DNA of 33,007 nucleotides from a virus (Duplodnaviria > Heunggongvirae > Uroviricota > Caudoviricetes): IMG/VR virus record IMGVR_UViG_2547132254_000003, positions 1 through 33,007 of that record; one strand, 5' to 3'. The notes beneath the pieces are model-generated. The model was not told the origin of the DNA. It did not search any database and saw only the letters and a program-made list of their open reading frames with translations. The position numbers and the translations under genes were made by a program. This document shows, in pieces, positions 1 to 7,546 of the stretch (its first letter is position 1; the number at the start of each line of letters is the position of its first letter).

Positions 1-1119
1 TCAAATAACCAACTTAACCCATTCCTGACCTCGAGTATCGTTATAGCGATCGGTGGTTGCCTGGACTTTATGTCCTAGTAATGTTTTTGTATCGATACCC
101 TGTGCACGGTACAGCCGTTCTGATAGAGAGCGTTGTTCATGAAATGTTGGCGGAGTTTTTCCTGCTGGTGGAATTATCCCAGCCAGATCCCGTGCTTTGG
201 CAAAGTAGTCGCTCAGGTTGTCTTTACTCATCGGCTTCGGTTGTTTCTGGTGCCGACTATGGATTAGATATGGACTTAATATTCTGTCTCGGCACCCATC
301 AATAACTTCTTTTAACGTTATCCCAATGGCATCACAGCGTAGTGTAAGCGGTAACGCCAGACGCATTCCGGTTTTTCCCTGGGTGATATGCAAGTGTTCG
401 TTCCACACATCTGAAAAACGCATGTGGCAAATGTCATCACGGCGCTGACCAGTAACAATCGCAAGAAGCATTGCGTTACGGATAAAGTGTTTTTCAGGCG
501 TTGCATTGTAAATTTTTTGCCAGTCTTCCATGGTGAGCCTGGCTCTGGTTACTTTAGGGATCGGTTTACGGGTAGCCTCCGGAGGATTCCATCCAGGAGG
601 AACTTCCCCTGCATGCTGTGCTTCTTTATAAATATCAACCCATAATCCACGATTTACTCTCGCTGTGCTGACCATGTCTTTATCCAGCCACTCATCCAGT
701 ATTAATGCAAAGTCTCTTACTTCCAGTTCTTTCAATGGGTGGTTTCCCAGACGGGAAACCAGGTATGCAGCCATTCGGGTTTTTTCTTTGTGAGTTGTAG
801 CTGCAATATCTCCATTTTTCAGTCGCGTGTCCTGTATTTTCAGATATCGATCAACCCATGCCTTTAATCTGATACCCCGACGTTTTGTTGCTGACGGACT
901 TTCATCAATTTTGCGCATGAAATATTCAGCTTCTGCTGCAGCTATTCGCTGATTGGCTGTGGAAGCGATTTTTTCTGCCTTACATTTGTCTGTTCCGAGT
1001 CCGTGAAATTTTCCAGTCACAGGATTTTTATACTGGTAGTAAACTCTGCCAGTTCTGCGATCAAACTTTTCGTAAAGACCGGCTACGTCAGTGCTGTTTT
1101 TTCGTGGCCTCGGTGACAT
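1..1119 (-). CDS. int: Phage integrase (tyrosine recombinase), 372 aa, complete; stop codon at window position 1-3
   Basis: Full-length ORF with ATG at 1119; size and position typical of lambdoid integrases; directly followed by an Xis-like gene and overlaps it by about 30 nt. Family assignment from overall sequence character and context, not a search. Confidence 0.8.
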   Translation of the reverse strand: MSPRPRKNSTDVAGLYEKFDRRTGRVYYQYKNPVTGKFHGLGTDKCKAEKIASTANQRIAAAEAEYFMRKIDESPSATKRRGIRLKAWVDRYLKIQDTRLKNGDIAATTHKEKTRMAAYLVSRLGNHPLKELEVRDFALILDEWLDKDMVSTARVNRGLWVDIYKEAQHAGEVPPGWNPPEATRKPIPKVTRARLTMEDWQKIYNATPEKHFIRNAMLLAIVTGQRRDDICHMRFSDVWNEHLHITQGKTGMRLALPLTLRCDAIGITLKEVIDGCRDRILSPYLIHSRHQKQPKPMSKDNLSDYFAKARDLAGIIPPAGKTPPTFHEQRSLSERLYRAQGIDTKTLLGHKVQATTDRYNDTRGQEWVKLVI

Positions 1120-1357
1120 GAGTTAAAATCTCCTTCAGTGCATCATCATCGCCAGTATGAATTTCCGGCGCAATTCCCGTTTCACCAGGCCCAACAAACA
1201 CTGCTCGGCGATCTATCAGCCAACGCCCACGAATTTTTTGTGGCCTTGGAACGATGTATCCTAGTTTTCCGTATTTCACCAGGGTAGTGTTTGTTATTGG
1301 GAGACTGAACCGTTTTGGTTTCCACTCGTCGAGCGTTATCAGGTACTGTTCGCTCAT
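1088..1357 (-). CDS. xis: Excisionase-like protein (Xis family), about 89 aa
   Basis: ATG at 1357 with GGAG about 9 nt upstream (the ORF track begins at an upstream GTG, 1366). N-terminal YLITLDEW...R pattern resembles lambda Xis (YLTLQEW). Sits immediately upstream of int. Confidence 0.6.
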   Translation of the reverse strand: MSEQYLITLDEWKPKRFSLPITNTTLVKYGKLGYIVPRPQKIRGRWLIDRRAVFVGPGETGIAPEIHTGDDDALKEILTHVTEATKKQH

Positions 1358-1418
1358 GGCTATCACTCCGGAACGCGCCAGTTGCAGAATATCAACGACA
1401 ACTGGCGACGGTTGAACA

Positions 1419-3890
1419 TTAAAAATCAGCCTGACTCGGGATCAGTTTTTGCCAGATAACTGAAACGTATTTTGCCTGGTAACGGGCGTCATCAAGTGCA
1501 TTATGGCGCTCACCTTCGAATGGAATAGCCGTTCTGGCATCGAAGTCTATGGCTTTCCCCAGCTCAACGATTGTGCGTACATCGCGATCGTTGTAGTAAC
1601 GCCACGGGCAGGGGATCCCCTGCCGTTCGTATGAACGGCGCAAAATCGTGTTGTCGAAGTTGGCTCCATTTCCCCAGACCTGAACAAAAAATTCACCGGA
1701 GTTTTCGTCGATAAATTCCCGCAATTGTAACAGTGCATCATCTAACGGGATTTCATCGGTCATAATGGCAGATTGCGCTTCGCGTGATTGCTTAAGCCAC
1801 CATTTAATGGTGTCCCGATCAATGACTCCGCCAGCAGTTTCCAGATCGATAGTCTTACTAAATTCCGGTCCCATATCTCCGGTTTGCGGATCGAAAAATA
1901 TTGCACCTATTGAGATGATCGGGGCATCAGGATTTTTTCCCATAGTTTCAAGGTCGATCATTAGATGGTCACACGTCCTGCTGGTGGATGTGATTTCTTG
2001 ATGACCGTTCACCTTAATTGAGTGATCTGCCGTCTCGCCAGTTTCATTATCGCTGGCATGATGCTGATTGCCGCCAGTATTCTCCTTGTGTGGATGTTCA
2101 GCGCCTTCCATTTCCTCCGGATCATCTTCCTGAACTTCAACCTGATACTCTTCATCGAATGTTTCCTGGTATGTTGCGTCGCCCATCACCGCGCCACAAT
2201 CAGGGCAGTTGCCGCCGCCGGTCTGACCGCAGGCGGTGCAGACTTTTTCCACTTCCTGTTGCGCCACTGGTTCAGGCTGTTTCGTTTCTGGCTCGTTTTG
2301 TAACGCATTTGGGCTGTTTTGTTCCGCTTTCTGGTCGTTCTGTTCCGTTTCTTGCTGGTTCTGGTTCACAGAATCGCGGGTCTGGATCCCCTTAACCCAT
2401 TTCGGATCATTCGGGTCGCTAATCCCTTCAACAAATTCACCACGTGATACTGCAAGCAGTTCATCGGCGTCAGGCTGGCTGATATTGGCTGCCTGCATAA
2501 TTTTGTTTACTTCGTCAGCGGTAACTTTTACTGACCCTGGTTGTGCGGTCGTGTCAGATGCACCAGTATTTTGTTGTGAACCTGAGTATGTACCGTTTTT
2601 GCGGGCGAAATATTCTTCTTTCGTGATTTCAGTAGCCCCGGCAGCCAGTGCCTTACCCAGACCAGAAAGTTTGTTTGCGCGACCGTATTTTTCGCCATCC
2701 TTGTCGGTGAAGAGGAAGTAGAACGGCCCCTCACGCTCTACAGATGGTTCGACTTCCACTTTGCATTCGGTTTTTTCGTTGTCCGGAATTGCCGTTTCCA
2801 CTGCATCAGTTTCTGGTACTGGCGCCGAGAGAGTATCAGTTGCGCTCTGATTTCTTCCTTCATCTTCAAACACGCCCTTTGTAGTCAGGTATTCAGTAAT
2901 GTATTTGTTCAGTGCCACAGGGTCTTTGTGAATGTCGATCGGACGTTCACGGACAAGGCCAAAAATAGTCTGGCGGTCGTAGCGAAGGGCATCAGGCTGT
3001 TTGCGCATTGATGCCGAGATACGCTTCCAGTCTTCGCGGTCGTTGTCGATAACTTCATTTTTTGCCCAGCGATGGATGCTGCCGTCAATGTTTCCGGCAT
3101 CCACATCACCAGGCCAGAGAGCGTAGGCCAGTTCGTCATCCAGTGTTTTCCATGTCTGCTTGTATTCGCGATGAGTGGCAGCAATGACCGGGTTGATTTT
3201 TCCTGTTGAATTTTCAGTGTGCTGTTGATTGGCTCTGGCGCGGGCGAGATCAACAACAGACGTGTATTTTCCGGTTTCCTTGCGTTCATCTTCGCGACGT
3301 TTTTTCCAGATGCGCATCTCTGCCTGAATTTCGGGCCATTTGGCACCTGGATTACATTTATGTTTAACCCACCCGATGGCGAGCAGCTTAAGCTCTGAAT
3401 ACATGACGTTAACTTCAGGCATTTTCATCAATGCCTCAACGATATGCCCGTCGAATGTTGCCATGTCCTCCTGCAACAATTCCTGTGCACTAATCACCAT
3501 ATCAACGGTGATGTTTTCACATGTACCGAACTTAACTAGGACCGCGTTCTGTACTTCAAGGGACAGCTTGTCAAAATTGACGTTCATCGGATCGGATTCT
3601 GGTTCGACCGGAATAAAGGAAGCGGATTCCTCATCCCAGTGGTTTTCCTGCATATATTCGGTATCCCAGGAATCAAGGGCAGGGCGGGCCATGCCGGGTT
3701 TATCCTCACAGACAAGAAATTTATAAGCGCAGTCCTGAGCAGCCGGATGTTGCTCCAGGAATTGCCAGGTAAATTTGGCACGGGCGCGGCGTTCGTCGCC
3801 GGCTTCAATGGCAGTGGCTACAGCAACTGCACCTTCTTCCTTTATTGCCTGTTCGTCCGGAATGGCGGCGCAAATAAAGACTTTACTCAT
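1419..3890 (-). CDS. Large exonuclease-like protein, 823 aa, in the RecE position; C-terminal DnaQ-like DEDDh 3'-5' exonuclease domain
   Basis: C-terminal region has IDLETMG (Exo I-like D-x-E) and HNALDDARY (Exo III-like H-x4-D) motifs; central acidic/Q-rich low-complexity segment; a CTACG...CPDCG four-cysteine motif. ATG at 3890 with GAGG upstream. Confidence 0.6.
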   Translation of the reverse strand: MSKVFICAAIPDEQAIKEEGAVAVATAIEAGDERRARAKFTWQFLEQHPAAQDCAYKFLVCEDKPGMARPALDSWDTEYMQENHWDEESASFIPVEPESDPMNVNFDKLSLEVQNAVLVKFGTCENITVDMVISAQELLQEDMATFDGHIVEALMKMPEVNVMYSELKLLAIGWVKHKCNPGAKWPEIQAEMRIWKKRREDERKETGKYTSVVDLARARANQQHTENSTGKINPVIAATHREYKQTWKTLDDELAYALWPGDVDAGNIDGSIHRWAKNEVIDNDREDWKRISASMRKQPDALRYDRQTIFGLVRERPIDIHKDPVALNKYITEYLTTKGVFEDEGRNQSATDTLSAPVPETDAVETAIPDNEKTECKVEVEPSVEREGPFYFLFTDKDGEKYGRANKLSGLGKALAAGATEITKEEYFARKNGTYSGSQQNTGASDTTAQPGSVKVTADEVNKIMQAANISQPDADELLAVSRGEFVEGISDPNDPKWVKGIQTRDSVNQNQQETEQNDQKAEQNSPNALQNEPETKQPEPVAQQEVEKVCTACGQTGGGNCPDCGAVMGDATYQETFDEEYQVEVQEDDPEEMEGAEHPHKENTGGNQHHASDNETGETADHSIKVNGHQEITSTSRTCDHLMIDLETMGKNPDAPIISIGAIFFDPQTGDMGPEFSKTIDLETAGGVIDRDTIKWWLKQSREAQSAIMTDEIPLDDALLQLREFIDENSGEFFVQVWGNGANFDNTILRRSYERQGIPCPWRYYNDRDVRTIVELGKAIDFDARTAIPFEGERHNALDDARYQAKYVSVIWQKLIPSQADF

Positions 3891-4013
3891 TTTGTTTTAA
3901 CCTCATTACAGATTTAAGGATGAACAAATCCCTGCCATTGCTGGCATATAAGAATCAAATCTGATGTATTCATTAAGCTGAATGTCGTATTGTGGCAGTT
4001 ATTTTATTGCTGC

Positions 4014-4235
4014 TCACCATGACTCTGCTTTTACAGGTAAACCATCACGACCAAGGAAGACTTTAATCATGGTTTCCTTAATACAGTGTTGTGTGGAAAA
4101 ATCACGAATATAGAGCCGTTGTTTTTTAATGTTGTTTACCGAAGCAATATATGTTCTTCCTTTATGAATAACATAATCACCGGGAGTCACGCACTGACGA
4201 GGAATCTCATCAGTTCCGAAGTGATGAGCAATCAT
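4014..4235 (-). CDS. Small protein (about 73 aa) directly downstream of DicF; possible Kil/DicB-position cell-division inhibitor
   Basis: ORF track gives 4014..4247; the internal ATG at 4235 has GGAG upstream. Function is inferred only from position downstream of DicF (as dicB is in Qin) and from a 73-aa size like Rac KilR; the protein does not match my recollection of DicB. Confidence 0.45.
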   Translation of the reverse strand: MIAHHFGTDEIPRQCVTPGDYVIHKGRTYIASVNNIKKQRLYIRDFSTQHCIKETMIKVFLGRDGLPVKAESW

Positions 4236-4414
4236 AATTATCTCCATTTTTACAAATGAACTTTGTTGATGCGGTGCCTGGTGCCTCCAGGTGACGTTAA
4301 CCAGTTAACAATTAACGCCGGATACAGAGAATCCACCCATAACACTGTTTTTGGTTTTAACTGTTCCGCGTGCGCTCAGCCGCATTCACCACATCACAAA
4401 ATTCACTTTAAAAA

Positions 4415-4467
4415 GGGCGGCAGAGCAGTCACGGAGTAAAACTGATACCGCCAAACGTCACCAGAAA
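4415..4467 (-). ncRNA. dicF: DicF-like small RNA (53 nt) followed by a T-run
   Basis: Reverse complement of 4415-4467 reads TTTCTGGTGACGTTTGGCGGTATCAGTTTTACTCCGTGACTGCTCTGCCGCCC followed by TTTTTA, which matches my memory of E. coli Qin DicF. Located in the leftward early operon. Confidence 0.65.
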
Positions 4468-4800
4468 ATTGATAACAGAGGGCGTTGCAGCGGGGTTGTC
4501 ACTTAAGCGTATGGTCAACCTGACAACCCGGTGTCCTCAACGGGGAAGGAATAACCCCGCCATACTTACCGCCGCGCCATTTCGCGGAGTGCCACAACCG
4601 GAAGCGCACGGTCGACGAAAATTTAACGACAGGCTATCTATGAACCAACAACTTCGCCGTGCGCTTTCGCGTTATGCCCTGACTTTTCAGGGAGATATCC
4701 TTTCAGTAAACTGTCAGTGCCGGATGCTCACCCGTGTCCGGCGCACGCACTCCACCTCACCCGTGGAGAACTCCTTAATTACTAACCCTCAGGAGGATGA

Positions 4801-5077
4801 AATGGGGTTTGATGTCAATGAAACTCTTAACTCTCTTATACGGAAAATTAATGATTTTGATAAAACACTACAGCATGCTGCGGCGCGTAGTGATATAACA
4901 TTGTTAGCAATTTCATACCTTGCATCTGCCATGAATAAAGATGAAACGGTACGAAAGAATCTCGTTGATTATATCGACTCGCTTCAGCCGGGCACTTTCA
5001 ACCCTGAGAGCTTCAATCATGAGAAAGAGCATGTTAAATCTGTAATTAATTCTCTTGTTTTGAATCAAAAGAATTGA
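4801..5077 (+). CDS. Hypothetical protein, about 92 aa, AT-rich, opposite in orientation to the early-left operon
   Basis: ATG at 4801 preceded by AGGAGG at optimal spacing. The upstream part of the 4469..5077 frame overlaps the DicF region, is GC-rich and has no good start, so only the 4801 start is called. 3' end overlaps the convergent gene 5046..5375. Confidence 0.4.
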
Positions 5078-5375
5078 TGCTTCTTGTTACGAAGCAATTT
5101 TCAAGGGGTTCTATCCGAATCCCTTTCTTTTCCATTAACAAGCCAAACCCCTTATTAATGATGTCCATTAGATCCAGGAAGTATTTTTCATGTAAATCCT
5201 GGTTATCAGAGAGCTGCTTCTCTTCGTACAGACCGATAAAGGCACGACGCACGTTACCGGATATAGTATCGATGGTTTCTTTTTCTACGGTACTCAGGTC
5301 AAGAGTCGCCAGTTGGGAACGAACTATATTCGCTGCCATTTCCTGGAATTGCATTGGTAAATCTTTAAATTCCAT
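5046..5375 (-). CDS. Hypothetical protein, 109 aa, early-left operon
   Basis: ATG at 5375 with GAGG 7 nt upstream; 22-nt gap from the stop of the upstream gene (5398), consistent with an operon. No recognisable motif. Confidence 0.55.
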   Translation of the reverse strand: MEFKDLPMQFQEMAANIVRSQLATLDLSTVEKETIDTISGNVRRAFIGLYEEKQLSDNQDLHEKYFLDLMDIINKGFGLLMEKKGIRIEPLENCFVTRSINSFDSKQEN

Positions 5376-5397
5376 TATTAGCCTCGTTGGTTAGCTA

Positions 5398-5616
5398 TTA
5401 ACGCGGGTATGTAATCATTCTGGCAATGCTTAATGCCGCTGCTTTTTCCAGCCTGGTGATATCCTGCTCCAGAGCGGACAGATTTTCAGCCTGCTTAGCC
5501 CTGGCTTCATTGGCCCATTTCAAATCCTGCGCTGCATTAATTTTCTGGCGCATCCACTCATAAAGTTCATCATCGGTATAGTCTGGCGCGATGATGACAG
5601 GTTCTCGTTTCTGCAT
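5398..5616 (-). CDS. Hypothetical protein, about 72 aa, early-left operon
   Basis: ORF track starts at GTG 5655; the internal ATG at 5616 has AAGGAG 5 nt upstream. Coiled-coil-like C-terminus. Confidence 0.5.
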   Translation of the reverse strand: MQKREPVIIAPDYTDDELYEWMRQKINAAQDLKWANEARAKQAENLSALEQDITRLEKAAALSIARMITYPR

Positions 5617-5687
5617 GTCAGCTCCTTGTGGTTCGCATTGCCTGCTTTTAACCACGTCAGGCGAGGTGGTATCCTCTGAGGGGTCTG

Positions 5688-6044
5688 TTACTCGAGAGGA
5701 AATTGGTTATGAATACAATCAAGTTTTCTTGCCCAGAATGTGGTGGCGAAGTCTTTGACACATCCTTTAAGCCGCAGGGCTCTGACAGTTTCGCGGGAGC
5801 CATCTGCAAAAATTGTGGTCACCTTGTAACTGAAGATGAGTCCTCGCAGTTCGATGACGAAATCGTTGACAATATCTTCGGTGCACTCACCAGAGACTTT
5901 CTGAAATAAAGACGCATACCGCTTAGTTACCGCTCTGATAACTCTTACCTGTCCGGCAATGGCGCTGATGTCAATATAAAGCGCCATTGCTGCTTCTTTG
6001 CCGATCCCGTGATGCCTTCCATTCTGATGTTTGACTTCGCCCAC
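5688..6044 (-). CDS. Hypothetical protein, 118 aa; would be the first gene of the leftward early operon
   Basis: GTG start with AGAGGA upstream; operon context supports it, but it overlaps a plausible + strand zinc-ribbon ORF, so one of the two is probably not real. Confidence 0.3.
   Translation of the reverse strand: MGEVKHQNGRHHGIGKEAAMALYIDISAIAGQVRVIRAVTKRYASLFQKVSGECTEDIVNDFVIELRGLIFSYKVTTIFADGSRETVRALRLKGCVKDFATTFWARKLDCIHNQFPLE
5709..5909 (+). CDS. Small zinc-ribbon protein, about 66 aa (alternative to the overlapping - strand ORF)
   Basis: CPECGG ... CKNCGH four-cysteine motif with zinc-ribbon spacing; acidic C-terminus; GAGAGGA about 9 nt upstream of the ATG at 5709. Confidence 0.3.
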   Translation: MNTIKFSCPECGGEVFDTSFKPQGSDSFAGAICKNCGHLVTEDESSQFDDEIVDNIFGALTRDFLK

Positions 6045-6233
6045 TGAGAAATCCTCTGTTTCCCCTTAACGCCGGGGTAGCGGAACAAAAACCTGCTGCA
6101 TAGTTATTAAAGTTGAACCCTGCCGTCATGTTCTTACGCCTCGGGCTGGCTACTTAACCCCTGACCACTGCCTGGTAACTCGAAGTATTGCCCTGCATTC
6201 TGTGGGGCGGGGTGGGTTGGTATGAAAAGAAGG

Positions 6234-6271
6234 ATACCCATAGGTATTTAAAAAGTAAATACCCATGGGTA
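6234..6271. promoter_or_regulatory. Putative left operator (OL) palindromes
   Basis: ATACCCATAGGTAT (6234-6247) and TACCCATGGGTA (6260-6271) are palindromes with TACC/GGTA arms, located just downstream of the repressor gene's 3' end and upstream of the leftward operon. Confidence 0.35.
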
Positions 6272-6313
6272 AATTTTTGCGGTGTCTTAACTGGTGACTA
6301 GTTGTTTGGTGAG

Positions 6314-6733
6314 CTATGATGCGTTTTGTGCTTTCTTTTTACGGATTTCTTCGTAGATCATATTGTAATACTGTTTTTTCTCTTCAAGAGTTTTTAATAA
6401 TTTATCCGCTTCACTTTCTGGCAGTTCGTCTAAGAGATCTAAAAAAATACGTTGTCGTGGCGTTAGAACCCTTGTTTCATAACTGGAGGCTGTGTTCGTT
6501 GATGATGAAACGATACCATCCATCCATCCCCGGGGTAACCCAAAGGACTCTTCGATAATCTCCACCATATCATCAGCGATCCGTTTTTTTCCCTTTTTCC
6601 CCTCTGGGTACAACATTCTTGATACATAAGAAGGCTCGCGCCCGATCTTTCTGGCCACGTTAACCGCTTTACCATCGCATTTCTCATCACGAATTTTGAT
6701 GAGTTGCTGTCGTCTAAATTCATATTTGTCCAT
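6314..6733 (-). CDS. Prophage repressor (CI/RacR-like HTH protein), 139 aa
   Basis: Divergent from a Cro/YdaS-like gene; flanked on both sides by TACC-n-GGTA palindromes; N-terminal region has HTH-like character. Family from context and motif reading. Confidence 0.65.
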   Translation of the reverse strand: MDKYEFRRQQLIKIRDEKCDGKAVNVARKIGREPSYVSRMLYPEGKKGKKRIADDMVEIIEESFGLPRGWMDGIVSSSTNTASSYETRVLTPRQRIFLDLLDELPESEADKLLKTLEEKKQYYNMIYEEIRKKKAQNAS

Positions 6734-6752
6734 AGGTAAATAATAGATGCGA

Positions 6753-6809
6753 TTACCGCAAGGTAAACAACCTGTGGGTATTGACTTTTGTTTACCTGTG
6801 GGTATTCTT
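6753..6809. promoter_or_regulatory. Putative right operator/promoter region (OR/PR) between the divergent repressor and cro-like genes
   Basis: TTACCGCAAGGTAA (6753-6766), CCTGTGGGTAT (6771-6781) and TACCTGTGGGTA (6793-6804) share the half-site seen at the left operators; TTGACT at 6781-6786 is a candidate -35 for rightward transcription. Confidence 0.4.
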
Positions 6810-6833
6810 TGCTGTGTTTACTAAGGAGTAGCT

Positions 6834-7115
6834 ATGGAAGAATTAAGAATATTTCTCAATTCTCTTTCGTCAGATGAACAGCGTATGTTTGCATGCGAGT
6901 GTGGTACCAGCATCGGTTATCTAAGAAAGGCATTGAGTAAAGGTCAAGTGTTAGGGGCATCGTTATGTGTCCTTATTGAGCGAGCCAGTAATGGTGAAGT
7001 TACACGTCAGCAACTAAGGCCTTTTGATTGGATGAATATTTGGCCCGAGCTGGAAGATACCAAAACGTTAACACAACCACTTTCTAGGAGCTTGATTCAT
7101 GAAAATCAAGCATGA
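6834..7115 (+). CDS. Cro/YdaS-family HTH regulator, 93 aa
   Basis: ATG with AAGGAG upstream; ERASNGEV...QLRPFDW pattern resembles Rac YdaS (ERATRGEV...ELRP); divergent from the repressor. Confidence 0.65.
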   Translation: MEELRIFLNSLSSDEQRMFACECGTSIGYLRKALSKGQVLGASLCVLIERASNGEVTRQQLRPFDWMNIWPELEDTKTLTQPLSRSLIHENQA

Positions 7116-7524
7116 ACACATCCGCATGGCGATGAATGCCTGGGCGCGTCCTGATGGCGAAAAAGTTCCAGCAGCTGGAATAACCCAGGCTTATTTTGAG
7201 TTGGGTATGACGTTCCCAGAACTGTATGACGACAGCCATCCGGAAGCCCTGGCTCGCAATACCCAGAAAATTTTCCGCTGGGTAGAGAAAGACACCCCTG
7301 ATGCTGTTGAAAAAATGCAGGCTCTGTTACCGGCGATCGAAAAGGCGATGCCGCCTTTGCTGGTGGCCCGTATGCGCAGCCACAGTTCTGAATATTACCG
7401 TGAGATCGTCGAACGGAGGGATCGGCTGGTGAAGGATGTCGATGATTTTGTTGCGTCAGCGGTTGTTTTGTATGACCAGATGAATCGCGGCGGCCCGGCA
7501 GGGAATGCTGTGGTGATGCACTAA
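7099..7524 (+). CDS. YdaT-like protein (CII-position regulator), 141 aa
   Basis: Begins MKIKHEHI and ends ...VVMH, as I recall for Rac YdaT; sits between the cro-like and replication genes. Confidence 0.55.
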   Translation: MKIKHEHIRMAMNAWARPDGEKVPAAGITQAYFELGMTFPELYDDSHPEALARNTQKIFRWVEKDTPDAVEKMQALLPAIEKAMPPLLVARMRSHSSEYYREIVERRDRLVKDVDDFVASAVVLYDQMNRGGPAGNAVVMH

Positions 7525-7546
7525 AAGCACGGTGTTCGGGGGTTTT

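Noticed and set aside
1-60. Attachment site (attL) next to the integrase
   Set aside because: The integrase stop codon is at positions 1-3, so the core att site must lie outside the window; nothing can be called.
2018-2721. Overlapping + strand ORFs (125, 93 and 161 aa) inside the exonuclease gene
   Set aside because: Antisense to a long, well-supported ORF in a low-complexity region; translations are Cys/Phe/Ser-rich and repetitive.
4469-4800. Upstream part of the 202-aa + strand ORF
   Set aside because: Overlaps the DicF region on the other strand, has no ATG with a ribosome-binding site before 4801 (the ATG at 4640 lacks one), and is GC-rich and Arg-rich like non-coding read-through. Only the 4801 start is kept.
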